This document shows, one piece after another, positions 12,902-26,600 of a stretch of 64,000 nt of DNA. The notes below the pieces were generated by a model, which ran no database searches, was not told the DNA's origin, and saw only the letters and a program-made list of their open reading frames with translations. Numbering within the stretch: the first letter of the stretch is position 1; every line of letters starts with the position of its first letter. This DNA is from Oopsacas minuta (lineage: Eukaryota > Animalia > Porifera), in assembly GCA_024704765.1 (NCBI GenBank), contig JAKMXF010000144.1, forward strand, positions 1 through 64,000. Reading direction: 5' to 3'. The position numbers and the translations under genes were made by a program.

Positions 12902-15900
12902 TTAAGCCGTGACTTTAGCAGGAGGTTTCAGATTGAAACCTCCACCTGTGAATCGAGGGACATCTGCCCTAGGAGCAGCTGGGGGGTGAGGTCCCTCTGA
13001 CATCTGTAGAATAGCCCTCTCTCTCTCTTTCCCCTGTTGTTCCTTTTTCTTCTGGAGATAGTACTTCTTTTTAACCTCCTGGAGCTCTCTGGACAATCGG
13101 TCAGACTCCAATCTATTCTCAGCTATCTGTGATTGGTACATATTCAGCTCAGAGGCCATACTCTTCATCTGTTTGGTCTTCTCTCTGAGTGTCTGTTGGT
13201 ATAATTGGAGCTGTTGACTAACCTCTGGTCCAGGGTTCTTCTCTAGCACACGTTTAAGTTCTATAGATATATAATTCCAATATACCATATCGGTAACCAA
13301 GATAGATATATAGCACATACCCAAGTACAATCTTTCCTTCTCCTGTATTTGCAGCTCTTTCTCCACGGCCTCTTCTGTCTTATGGATAAGTCTCCTCTGG
13401 AGAGTTTGTATCTTTTGTAAAAGCTCAAAAGTGTTCGGGTCACTACCTTCTAGTTTACGCCACCTAAACGACACGTGGTTACTAAGAATCCACATCGGAA
13501 TGTGTCATATATCTACCTGTGTACATTCATGGGGTTCTCAAGCTCCTCCTCCAGTGCTTTACACCGTGTCCTCTCCTTAATTAGCTCCCTCTGGGTGTGA
13601 TGTACCTCTCTCCTCAGCTCATCTACATTAGCTACCGTCCTATGGAGTAGTCCCTTCTCGCGTCTGAGGTTCCTCACCTCTGACATTAATATCCGGATGT
13701 CATCCACACGGGCTCTGTACTGTACTTCTCCTTTGGACAGGGTGCTAGTCTGTATCTTAATCTTCTCATAGAGAAGAGCTAACTCATCATTACGTCTAAT
13801 CAGCTGAGTTCCCAGGATATCTCGCTCATTAATAACCTAGTAATCTCATTAAATGGTGTAAGGAATGTGTGTTACTATAAATAACTTGTTCCAGCTGTTT
13901 CTTCTGTCTCAACCTTTCACCGTCTGCTTCTGCTATAATTTTATTCAGCTTCCTCTCCTCTGCCCTCTGGTTATCGAGGTGTTGTCTTAGAGCTGTTAGT
14001 TCCTGTCTCCTCTGAGAGAGGTCATGGGTCAGTCCCTCCTTCTCCTTCTCTACCCTGAGGTGTTCATTCTTCTCTTTTAAGAGAGCTGAGTCACTGGTGG
14101 CTATCTCGTCCTTCAGCTGATCTATCTAGGTGTTAAAAGTGGTGTATCGTAAAGCACAGACAATCCCTATTAGTTCCGGTATTAGTTCCATATTATACCT
14201 GATGTGTCATTATCTTAATCTTCCGTTTAAACTCAGATATCTCATCCTGTGCTTCTATCAAATTCTTGGAGTACAGATTCCTGTCTGATCTCGCAGCTTC
14301 ATAAAGGTTCTGTTGCTCTTTCAGATTTTTATCTGATTCTGCTACCTTCTTGCGTAGCTCAAAGATCTTCATTTCCTTCTTCTTAACCTGTAAACAATAT
14401 GGTAAATAACAAGATGAATGAGTAAACAAACTAGTAAACAACTTGAACTAGTCATACCTCATTCATAGACTCAGTACATTGCTTCATAACATCTTCTGCT
14501 TCTGTGAAATAATTCGCTCTTTCCTTCTCTAACACCTTCACGTGTTTACGGACAGACCCTAGCTCCCCCTCTGTATCTCCTCTCTCCCTCTCTAGATTAT
14601 GTATACGTGTATCCTAGCAACACAGGAATGTGTTATACAATGAGTATAGCTTATAAGGACCACATCCTCTGGAAACGGTTCTCATATATAGCGACAAAAT
14701 TATCACACCTGTAATTTAATCATCTCCTCTTTACGGTCAACCTCAGTCTCTGTCTTCCGTAGTAATTTCTTGGTGTTGTCTCTCTCTCTGAGGAGATCGT
14801 CCAGCTGTTTTTGTTTGTTATCAGTTAGACGTTTAGTTTGATCCACCTCCCTCTCTAGTCCTGATATCTGAGCCTTCAATGTATCTTTATCCATCTCTAG
14901 TTTGGATTTCTCTTCCTCCTTAAGTGTCACTCTTTTCTGGAGTCTGTCTCTTTCTCGTGCCACCTACAGCCACTTATAAATACCGACACATTATGCCACC
15001 TAACTTCCCTCACCTTAATACTCTCCTGCTTGAGGGTAGCTAGCTCCTCCTCCTTCAATTTTAGCTCTCTGTTCCTCTGATCCATCTCCTCACTCAGCTG
15101 ATCATTATACTGAGTCAGCTGATAATATTGTCCCTGTAGCTTATTGTGTTTCACCTCCAGCAGTTCAAGATCACGGGTCTGTTTATCAATGTGCCCCTTC
15201 AGATCTATCACGTCACTATCTAGGCCGGATTTCTCCTCAGACAGCTGATTAAGTTCTGTCTGCTTGGATGCTATCTCTTTATTCCGTGACTCCAATTCAT
15301 CTACATACATATTCTATGAATACCAATTGACTATTTGGTTGCTATGTATAATAACTAACTCTTTTTCTTCTCAAGCTCCTCTTCAGCTTGTCTCCTTCTA
15401 CTGACCTCCTTGTACTCATTCTGTTTATGCACCTTAGTCTCCTTTACCAACTCTAGCACCCTCTGCTCTGCCTGGGTCTTCTGTTTCTCAGCAGCTGTTA
15501 TATCCTCCTGTATAAGACCCAGCTGTTTCCTGAGACCTGACACCTCTTCTAGTGCCTCCTCCATCTGTTTGTTTAACTGTTCCTTCTGTTCCGCTAATTC
15601 ATGAGACTGTTGTTCCCCTCCGAAGTTAAGACCCGCACCCTTCTCTACTAGAGTAGTCAAGTTAGCGATTTCTACCTACATACACACATTCCATTCATCT
15701 ATAACCCGTTACTATACAATACCTATACTGGTTAAAAATATGATTTATCATATTTTAACACCTTTAGAGACTGAATAGTTTGTCTTCCTCTCTGCTCCTT
15801 CTCATGAGAGGTCTCTAACATGTTCCATAACTTCTCTATCTCTTTCTTAAGTGACACAATTGTACTCTTATCGTCTTGTGACAGTTTTAACACCTCTGAT

Positions 15901-16340
15901 ACTTTAGCTGCATGACTGGCAATCTCTGCATTCAGTTCTCTGCAAAAGCAACCAAATCATACAGGTGGAATGTAGTGTACATTAATTGAATTATCCTGGT
16001 GCAAATACATGCACGTAAACAGGAATTAATCCATGGTTCGTAATACAAGTTAAGGTCAGAATGATAGGAAAATAACCACTTATCCATGGTCCAATCTGGG
16101 ACCCCATTAAGGGGTACTTGTACTCTATAGATCCACATACCTGCACTTAGTAACAAGTTTCTTTTCAGACTCATGACTCTTCCTCAGAGCTTGGTGTAGC
16201 TTCTCATATTCTAACCGGAACTTCTCCAGACTCTTATCACCCATTAGTTCCTGTAACACATCTTGGAAATCCTTCTCCAGAGCTTCAAAGGCATCCTCTG
16301 CTATGCTGGGTACCTGAGTCTTATTCTTGTCCTGTTCCAT
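12902..16340 (-). CDS. CFAP58: Cilia- and flagella-associated coiled-coil protein 58, multi-exon
   Basis: N-terminus FEALEKDF..LEKFRLEYEKLHQAL, internal YEAARSDRNLYSKNLIEAQDEI, C-terminus EGSDPNTFELLQKIQTLQRRLI..PGPEV..PRFTGGGF. Confidence 0.9.
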
Positions 16341-16490
16341 ATAGGTGTTAAACAGCTATATAATGTGAATAACAATAAATAGGAAATTCGTCACACGATA
16401 AGCTACAACAATTGGAACTAGAACTAAAGGAGTGAAAATGTGATAAAATGAAATACAGCAGCGCTTAAAAATATACAAATATACAATTTA

Positions 16491-18197
16491 TCATAGAATA
16501 AAATCAAGAGAATTGTTAGACTCCCATTCATGAGTGTCCTCATCTGAGAGAGGTTCATCTGGACAGAATAGAGTCAGCTGATTATTACGCGCCAGAATAA
16601 AGGCGCGTAATAACGCTTCTAAAGAATTTTCACAACAATCAAATCCTTCTATAGAATAGGCGCCAGAAGTGTCGCTATTAATCCTATGGTGTCGTATGCC
16701 ATCTTCCATGTGGATAGATAGAGCTAATTTATCAGGACTTGACTCCCGAAACCTTACAAGGAATGTTCCCACTGCCATCCCGCGTAATATCTCCTCTGCG
16801 TCCTGTCTGGATATGGACCTAAGGATGGACCGCTTGAGACAGGAAATGGGTAGAGGGAATAGTTCTGGTTCCGTTATATTCATATGTTTTGACACTTCTA
16901 CCAATTTGCCAGGTACAGTATGAGTTCTTTTGGGCAGCAGAGGTGGCATAGTGTCCACATTTTCATAGTCCGGTGTGACACTGTGACATCCGTTAGTGGC
17001 AGTCTTTGGTTCCGTATTAGTGTCAGGTGGCACGTATAGTTCCATATTTCCAGGCCATATAGTGAGACGTGGCAGGGTGGTGTTCAAGAAAGAATTCTTC
17101 CTATCCAAACTGGAATGGAAATTCATAGGTGTCAAATGTGGCGTAGAAGTGTCGGGGGAGTGTCTCTCAGACAGGACAGAGAGTGCAGGTTGTATACGGG
17201 TGTTAATCCAGTGAAGTGGTTGATTTGTGTCACGTGATAACTTAGCTAGACTATGTGGCAGAGAGGTGGATCTATGAAACTTAGGGGGCCTTACTAGTTC
17301 TAATAACGAGGTGTTAAGAACATCTAGAGACGTGGGATTATAGAAGGGACACTGTAGGAAATTGGCATAGTTATCAAGCTGAGAAGAGGTGTTACTATGT
17401 CCTGTGTAGTCCAGAGAGGACAGGTCCTGGAACTTGTCAGAATGGGAGAGGGCATCTAGCGTCTCCAGGTTATCCATACCACCTGTCCTCTCTAGGTGTT
17501 GCTTAGGTTTCTGTTGTCGATGGAGAGCTGTGGATATGTCTGGAAGGGAAATTATGTCAGCGTCTATATCCTCTTGTGACAGACAAGGCACAGGTGTCAT
17601 AAGTGGCACAGGGGTAGGTGGCGCTGATTCGTACCACCTCATGTTATTAAGTGGGAGGTGACAATCCGCCAGAGACCTCCTCCTGAACAGACTCCTTGTA
17701 CCCAGATCCATCTCCGCGGGAGTGGGAGAGGAATCTGTAGATCGGGTTCCGATTGTCCGTCTACAGAACTGTACGTATTCAGAAGGGGCACCGATGAAGA
17801 AATCGTCCGCGTACCGCCCTAGAGATCCGATTGAGGATACGGAGCTGATGGAGTACACGGACCGCTGGGAAGCCTGGCGCTTAGGTGACACTGATTTCGA
17901 CGCCTCAAGAATATGCATCATCCATGTGGCACGATGTAGCTCATTTGGCGCACGGAAGTGGTGTGTGGTCTTACCCATATGGAGAGAGAATTGGTAATTA
18001 TTCCGTTTTGATTTTCCCATTTTACAAGTGGCAGATTCGTGAATGTGGATTTGTGTCGGATTAGCGTTAAAATCGTGAAATAAGAAAAGTTGTCGACCCA
18101 GTAGTTGTACAAAGTAACACTTCCACCGCTTTAATTTCATCTCTAGGTGTCCCTCAAGGAGGCTCAGGCCACCTATGCCACTAGGATATACTTGCAT
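16491..18197 (-). CDS. Intronless PH + Pro-rich + SH2 adaptor (SH3BP2-like architecture)
   Basis: 568-aa ORF. N-terminal PH domain (LEGHLEMKLKRWKCYFVQL..FRAPNELHRATWMMHIL), C-terminal SH2 (ISRQDAEEIL..GTFLVRFRES), and YENV and PPLLPKR motifs. Confidence 0.8.
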   Translation of the reverse strand: MQVYPSGIGGLSLLEGHLEMKLKRWKCYFVQLLGRQLFLFHDFNANPTQIHIHESATCKMGKSKRNNYQFSLHMGKTTHHFRAPNELHRATWMMHILEASKSVSPKRQASQRSVYSISSVSSIGSLGRYADDFFIGAPSEYVQFCRRTIGTRSTDSSPTPAEMDLGTRSLFRRRSLADCHLPLNNMRWYESAPPTPVPLMTPVPCLSQEDIDADIISLPDISTALHRQQKPKQHLERTGGMDNLETLDALSHSDKFQDLSSLDYTGHSNTSSQLDNYANFLQCPFYNPTSLDVLNTSLLELVRPPKFHRSTSLPHSLAKLSRDTNQPLHWINTRIQPALSVLSERHSPDTSTPHLTPMNFHSSLDRKNSFLNTTLPRLTIWPGNMELYVPPDTNTEPKTATNGCHSVTPDYENVDTMPPLLPKRTHTVPGKLVEVSKHMNITEPELFPLPISCLKRSILRSISRQDAEEILRGMAVGTFLVRFRESSPDKLALSIHMEDGIRHHRINSDTSGAYSIEGFDCCENSLEALLRAFILARNNQLTLFCPDEPLSDEDTHEWESNNSLDFIL

Positions 18198-18582
18198 TCT
18201 ATTTATAGTAACAAATAAACAACAAACAAGTAAACATACTATTGATATAATTCAGCTCAACTATTTATAAATTTTTCCATGGCAACTGAGTTATCATACA
18301 AATATGTAGATATAGTTCATGTGCTATTATCATGTTGCTATGGATAAAAGATTGGAATGTGTAAATCTTAAGAAATAGCATATTTGTGTACATAATAGCT
18401 AGGTGTCAAATTCCATATATACATAGTGAAACTAATTAGGTTATAGTTCAATATTGCTTAATTCATACTGGTTGCTAAGCAAGTTCTCAGGAATTCAATA
18501 TATATGTAGCCAGTTTAAGCAATGACACTATCCCACAGAGCCCTCGACAGGATTGAATATTAATAATTAGTATATCATATGA

Positions 18583-21500
18583 TTATTTATATATTGAATT
18601 GAATGATCTTCCTAGCACCAGCTTCCTGACCTCTTGAGTACCTGCGCCTATCTCATACAGCTTAGCATCTCTAAGGATTCGTCCCGTGGGGTAGTCATTA
18701 ATGTATCCGTTACCACCTAGACACTGTATCGCATCTAGAGCCACAAGGACACTTTGTTCCGATGAGTACATGAGCACAGCAGCACAGTCTCTTGGACTAA
18801 TGTGTCCCTGGTCCACAGCACGCGCCACAGAGTATAGATATGTACGAGCAGCTGATAACCGTGTGAACATAACTGCCATTTTCTCTTGAATCAGCTGGAA
18901 GTGTCCAATAGGTTGATTAAACTGGTTACGAGAATGTACGTATGGAATGGTAATATCTAAAGCAGCTTGCATAAGACCAATAGGACCTCCAGACAGGACC
19001 AGTCTCTCTACATCAAGCCCGCTCATCAGCACGTATACACCTTTATTCTATAAATAGAATAAGAAACGGGCTACCATAATAGGTATGTATCAAATTGAAA
19101 TACCAACTGGCATAACAGTAACTAACCAATTGTCCTAACATGTTATCCTTAGGTACCCTGACATCCTCAAATACCAGCTCAGAGGTGTTAGACCCTCTCA
19201 TCCCTAACTTGTCCAATTTAGGGGAGGTACTGTACCCTGCCATGTCCCTCTCCACAATGAATGCTGTAATACCATGCTGGTGAGCTGATGTGTTGGTTTT
19301 AGCATACACTACTATGACGTCAGCATCTGGACCATTGGTTATCCAAAATTTAGTGCCATTTAGTAGAAAGTGGTCTCCCTTGTCCTCTGCCCTGTAGCGA
19401 CATAATAGCACCATTAAAGTGTCACAAATAAGTAACAGAGTTTATTCGTAATAATTAAATCATCACCTCTGTGAGAATCCCTTAATATCAATGTGATTAC
19501 ATCATTTTAATTGTGACACAATAATGTGACATCTGATAAATATGTAGATAGATAGCCTTACAAATTCTATCACAAGTAAACAATATGAACTAATATATAC
19601 AAACAATAATAACTTACTTTAGTTTCATTGACACCACGTCTGAACCAGATCCAGCCTCACTCATAGCTAGGGCGCCTATTTTATCTCCAGTGATCAGCTG
19701 GGGAAGAAACCGAGCCTTTTGATCAGCTGTTCCATGTCTAGTAATCTATAAATGGAAGTGTAACCTTGTAAATACGAATACCAACGGACGGGTCTACACT
19801 ACTTGCCTTATAATACCAATGAAATAACAATTCAGGGAAAGCGGGACGGAAGACACTTAAAACTCATTTTTGGGACATCGCGAAACATAGCATGTGTAGA
19901 AATTCTTATTAACATGTATGCCAATTAATTAAATAATTAACAAACATATATGAATACATATAGTTCCATATTAAGATAGATTAGCATTACCCATCAAATA
20001 TCTTATCGACAGATAGACATAATAAGAATTGTCTGTGAGAAGTGGCTTCTTAGTGACGCAATCTGATGGCTGAAGTGGCAGAGAATGGCAGAATCCATGT
20101 CAAACTCAGCAAGGCAAGAAGCCAAACTTTACTTAAAAGGATTCCTATTTAGTAACAATAATATGCTCTATTTGAAACTGGAACCAAGCTATCATGTATC
20201 ACAGGCTGTATAACATTCCACACATATAGCATAGCAACGAACCTTGTAAACAAGAATGTATCAATTAGCAACAAGCTAGAAACAAATGACTACACACTGC
20301 TGTGGATACTGTAACTGTAACTATGGGTGTTGATGAATTGTGTATAAATACCAGTATAAACACACACGAGTAATTACGAGACAATTCTACAGCCTTCAGT
20401 ATATATTAAAAATTTTGTTATTATATATTTGTGATTATTAGGCGGCAAATGAATCACACTGGGGTAATCCCATTGGGTACTCAGAGGAATCTCCCCTATC
20501 CCCTACCAATGAACCAACACTACTCAACACTTCATAGATATTATCCCAAGACACAATTTATGCCACATGCCACTCAGCTCGACACAATTTTAGCGCCTCC
20601 GAATTACTACGATATTTCACTCCCACAGGCCAATCAGATTCGAGTACATCAAATGGCGCATGAATTGCCGTTAGCAGAGGTTACAGAGAAAAAGACATTT
20701 AAAATGACACATTGTGACACAAAACCACCACAAATTGAGTCAACACATGGTGATATAAAATCAAGGATTGAGCGGAGGATCACAGAGCTTAACACCCAAT
20801 TACAATATGCACCCAGGGACCCTAGCTCTCCCTGGTGGGACGAATTCGCGGACAATTTCTTCCACACACACTCCACCATCTTAGTGTTACTGCCACAAAA
20901 TGGCAAGAAGGACACACGGCAGAGCAGATTCCATCTGGAGAAGACACCTCTAGCTGCTATGGAATTCTTTAAGAATCTATATGAACACCAGGTAACCATG
21001 ACAACTAACTAAATATGTAACAATACACTTTCCTTATAAGGAAATTATCGTAATATGTAATACATGCATAATTAGGTGTCACAAGTAGGAATTAGTCTAA
21101 AAAGCAATTTGATAGTTACAGAAAATACTTGGACAGATGGCACGAGGTGTCACGCGCCAGAAGCTGTCCTCTTTACAGAACACCATAAGCCACAAAGTGT
21201 TAAAGTAACAACTGAGGGAAGTATGTCAATTATATTCACACCTCAGCTCAAAATACAACATTTGGAATTTGACATAAAGAGCGCCACCGAATTTGTGGCG
21301 CGTAAAAATTTCCATAATCTGAACAAAAGTGGCCTACATGAAATGCGCGCCAATTCCACTTGTTACGGGATCCATAATGAGACGATAGAATTCCTTAAAA
21401 TGACCCGAGTATTAGAGAGTAAGTTAATCAATGAAATTACAGTATATATTGTATAGCAACCATTTTGTGTCTTAGGCATGCAAGCTATGATGGCACAACA

Positions 21501-22927
21501 CAAGTCAAAGAATTCTATCCCACAAGAGATAGAGACATCCGGGACACAATCCACTCAGGAGGAGGATACACCGACACCTCGCAGTGCCACTAAGATAACA
21601 TCTAACATTCAAGCTCGTAACTATAGCAACTATAAGAATGTAAAGAATGCGAGGAAGAATCGTAAACGGAAATTGAATACCGACTGGAATATGAACAAGA
21701 GGAACAAAAGTGACGAAAAGTTTGAAATAGTGGCACAGGCAGAAGTGGAGGTAGTACGACACAATCCTGAGGTGGCAGGCCGTGTGGTCTACTCCATAAC
21801 TAGACCTCACCATAGCAACCAGAGAGGAATGTATCAAATCCCAGCTTCGTCAAATAAATAGCTATAATTCCATATATTACGCATTAATAATAGCTGAGCT
21901 CATTGCACAATAATAATATATTGCTAAACTGTAATCAGATAGAGGAGGAGGGACAGGGGAGTGCCGAGGGGTACATATTGGGTAAGATAAGAGAGAAGTG
22001 GGATAGGTGTTAATTTGTGTACTACCTTCTGAAATATCATAAATGGTAATGACACAGTTGGGAGTGTTTATATACTAGTTGCTAGATACAAGTCATTAAA
22101 GTAGATACAATATGGAACTATATAATATTCTAACACATATTAGTTCCAGTTCAAGGCGTATACGGTCTTACCTCTATGATAAGAACAGAGATACGACAGT
22201 AGAACTAAGATAAGATACTTGCAATTCATTTGAATACAGTCCTTATTAGAATATGACATTATGTTTCTGAAAGGGTAAGTCTTATCTGAGTATATGAAAA
22301 CTATAATATTCACAAAAATGGACTCATACAGGGGGCAATTGGCCTCTTGGATCACTAATTATTCGTTAATCTAATTAACACCCTATATGAGGATATAGGT
22401 CCCGATTGATCCCATGTTTAGTACTAGTATATATCATAATTATCAGCTGACCTGGTTAACACATAGATTAGAATGTGCGCCATAACTTAATGCAATGCTA
22501 CCAGAGGCTCTACTCATCTCCTCCATGACGACACAATGCTCAGTAAAACCCATTCTAACACCTCCATACTCCTCTTCAGCTGTTATACCTAGCAATCCCA
22601 TACCTCCGCACTTTCTGAAGAATTCTCTCAGCTGACTCCAACCATTATCTTTATCAATTCTATCTGCATACGGCGCCAAATGCTCAGTACAAAAGGCTCT
22701 CACTGATTGGCGGAGTTGTATCTGTAGATCTGTAAGACCTATGAAAAACAGCTGTTAAGAAATGGGTAATCTAAAAATAGATTCATACCTGAAACCTTGT
22801 CATCTACCTCTATACCAGCATTACTAACATTCCCACTGGTTGCTAAGGACGGGCTAGTAGTCTGCCATCTCCTCCAAGTGGCGCAATGTGTCCTGGTGGC
22901 ACAGATCCTTCTGAGAGTCTTAAACAT
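18583..22927 (-). CDS. IVD: Mitochondrial isovaleryl-CoA dehydrogenase, 5 exons
   Basis: Exons 22927-22789, 22738-22452, 19745-19618, 19391-19127 and 19047-18583. Motifs: [71 protein letters not shown]. Confidence 0.95.
20449..21861 (+). CDS. LIM-domain-binding (LDB/Chip/SEUSS family) protein, 3 exons, nested in IVD intron 2
   Basis: Exons 20449-20991, 21076-21418 and 21476-21861. LIM_bind-like [49 protein letters not shown], and a basic NLS (RKNRKRK). Confidence 0.78.
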
Positions 22928-23697
22928 GCTAATATTCAAATTAATTATAATTCACATTCCTGATTAAGTCACTGGTTGTCAGGGCTAATTAAGCTAGAAA
23001 TTAAACTGGAAACATATGACACCTTTTTTCAGTATTTACTTGTAGAGATGCTTAGAGATAAAATAAAGATGGATCAAGGTGTTAAGTGGTTTCATTAAGA
23101 AATACTCAATGACCCATCAAACAGCTGATACATAACTAATTCAATACTAATTGGGGCAGCCAATCAAATTCTGTAGTTGAATCCCTTGGTTTTTAACACA
23201 TATCTGGTTTAGGGACAATTCCAATTTATAACAACCTAGTGATACGAAAACCTAAATGGAATGTGTGAATTTAAACTGATGGTGTAATGAAATACCCAAA
23301 TAGAGTAGCTTTAATCAGAACAGGAGTTAAACACCATTTGGAAATGCTCTAAAATTCTCATTAGACTTAATTGAATTATTTCATACACTAAACTAAACGA
23401 ATGATTTGCAATTGGAAAAGTACTATTCGTATTAGCTAGGGTCTACTGAGGCGGTCCACGGACCCCTTGGTGGTGGACGGACGACAGCAGGGGTCCACAG
23501 AATGTGTTAAAATTGGTATAGGTGTCTGGTCTATTGTATAAACAATGTATTCCAATAAATAATGCAAATATTGGAGTTATAATTAAGTGGTTGGTAAGCT
23601 GAGAGCTGATTGGCTATATCTGCATATTTGTAGGCATTGAGGTTGCTAAGCAGTAACCTATAACTCAGCCAATCAAATCCTAGCTTAGATATTACAC

Positions 23698-26600
23698 ATG
23701 GAGTACACAGATGAAATGACGTCATTTATATCTCACATGCATGACTACCTGCTTGGCAGTCAGGAATGTAAGCCGATCAAGAGACTGAAGCCACTCCTGC
23801 CATTCATCCCAGATGTGCCAATTGTGTCCGGGCAGGACACAGATCCACTTTTATGTGTCAAATGTATGTGTCCTCTGTTTGAGCCAGTAACACTTCTAAC
23901 TGGTTTATCAATCTGCAGACATTGCTATGCTTATAATATGGCACAAACTTGTGAAGTGGCATATTGCATAAATGTGTCACTAGCAGGAGTGGCAGAGGGA
24001 CACATAAGTGCCACTTACAAAGGTATGCAGCTAAGATTACAAGGCAATGACATGACTAGAGAGGTAATATGCAAATTTATTCCTTGATTCAATGTTAAAA
24101 TATTAAATAGAAACGATGGGAAGATGCCATAGAAAGATACACACAGTCTCTACAGCTGTTGGAAGGGAGGCCAGGGGAACATGTAGTCCTCTCAAACAGA
24201 TGTCTAGCTGAGGTGTCAAGTGGCATGCTAGAGGAGGCGCTGAGAGATGCAAATATGTGTGTACGGAGGGCACCATATTGGATAAAGGGCTACTACAGAC
24301 GATCAACCGTTCTGGAGAAAATGGGGTATAAAGAGGAGGCATTAGTGATGTGCTTAATGATTACTAAAAGTGGCACAAAGGACACATCAGTGGAGCAATG
24401 CGTGGCAAGGTTAGTACACAATTAGATAGTATAATAGCACATTCTTATGCCATCATTATGTAACCATGGTAACACAGAAACAAAGGATAGATCCAATAAT
24501 TGTTTAAGAGTGTTAAGTTATACAAATGGACCGGGGATAAGTAATATATCAGTGTTACCAATTAGACAACAAATGCGGGATGGGTACTGCCCCCTAGGGT
24601 GTCCCATACCCCCTGTAGCATAACAAATGACACCTGTACATTTTAAGAATTGTCACATTTAATACCAGTAACTCATAAAATAAGTTTATAGCATTAATAA
24701 GAATTGCTGCTAATCCTACCAAAAGTGGCTGACTCAAATGTGTCGATACTCGTGTGGCGTCACCACCTGCCACACGGAGGTATGATTCTACCAGTAGATA
24801 TCAGTTGTAGCACCAATCGCATAATTAAAATTCACTGAATAGCGAGTTAATCCTTGTTCAGGTTTGATATAATTTCGAGGACAATTTGTCTCATGTGTGG
24901 ATCATTCTTAAAGGTGTCAAGCGTTTCAGCTGTATGACAAGCGATCGCCAAAAGGCGTGGTTGTAATTCTAAAAATAGCGGATGGTTCTCTGGGTGTGTC
25001 GATAGGCGGATAAGTGTCCAACCAGCTCTCTTCTTCAGGGCAAGGGAGAACGCTAACTCTTCTTGAAAAGTAGAGAGCTTATTGCTTCTTTGGTTAGGAG
25101 GTTGCATTTCTATACATTCCATTAACACCTGTAGAATAGGTGTCTGTCTTGCTATGACATAATGTGGACACAAATCTGGTGTGCCACATAAGTTAAATAA
25201 CAACATAAACACGAATTGTCTTGCTATCACATCTTTCTTATTAATCGACCACTTCGACAATTCTTTGATCAGTTCAGTCAGCTGTTTGACAGGTGTCGCT
25301 AGGATGTAGTCCACATTGGCTGGGAGGACGGACAGTTTGGAAAGAGACTCAAGGACCAATCTCTTAGGGGACAACCAGGTGGTGTTAGAGAGTGGCGGGA
25401 GAGGATCATGGCACATCGAAGAGGGACAAATGAGCCAATGAATTAATGAATTTAAGAGACGTTGTGTTACACTTGAGGGGTAGAGAGAGAATTCCAAAGC
25501 TCCAGCTACGTTGCATAAAACCACAAATATGTCCTCGCGAACATTCTCCAGATAGCTCCACCACCATTCACACCTGTATACGTATACAGATAAATAAACA
25601 GCTGATAGAATGGTAAAATCTTATATAACTTACTTATTTGCTTCTAACACGTACTCAGATGTGTCGCATGTGTCCTCTAAGGTGTCAAATATGTCGCTAC
25701 TGTCCTCTGTCCTGTTTGAGAGACACAGAGCCTCCGGGTGTTGATGTTTTAGCAGCAATAAGTGACCAATCAGTGACAAGAGAGAGGTGTGTTTAGATAG
25801 CACCATATGATTTCCAGGAATAAAACTTAAGCATCTAATTAGATTAGATATACAAATAGCCATGTGACCACATTGTGTTTCATGTGTCGTGTGTAAGAAT
25901 ACCACATTGTCAAGTGGTCGTACAACTTCATCTTCAACATCTGGTGAGTCAGCTGATGTATTATTAGTTCCAGTTGTTGTCACCTTAGAACTATAATACA
26001 CAATACAATATATACAAGGTCTTAAGAAATATGTCAAATAGTGGCATACCCTAATGGTGTTTCTAAAATAGGAAGAGTGGTGTGATTCTGTTGTGTCACA
26101 TTCCTGAGCTCAACCGGTAGATCCTCATCAGCTAGAGGTGTTAGTTCGAGTTTGGATTCAGCTTCAGGTAATGCTACAATTTCACCAGGAAATATATCAG
26201 ATAGACACTTCACCCAGCATGCCACCAGAGCGTCCAGTAGCCCGTGAGCGTTAGTGAGGTTGTACAGGTCTCTTGTCCCATTATGATTAAGTAGTATGGT
26301 GAGGTAGTCCAGTGCCCATGCGGTGTCGGTTAACACCCCACTTCTGAGTGCCATAGTTAATCTGAATGGGTCTGTCATGGACTGGTTAGGAGGCTGTTTC
26401 TTCCTCTTACGTATGATAGGGGTGGAATACTCCACACCACCTCTAGCAAGGTCAGATGGTCTCTTCTGTGTGACATGTGGTTTATCTAACACCTCGCTAG
26501 AGGGTATGACTGGCTTATCTCTGGGGACACGTGATTTAGGTTCATGAACAGCTGGAGCAGGTTGTGTCCTCGAGGTGTCAGTGGATGGAGTGGCACGAGG

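Noticed and set aside
22140-22355. 71-aa ORF with a WD40-like tail ([13 protein letters not shown])
   Set aside because: Low-complexity AT-rich composition, disrupted in copy B, and no further WD repeats.
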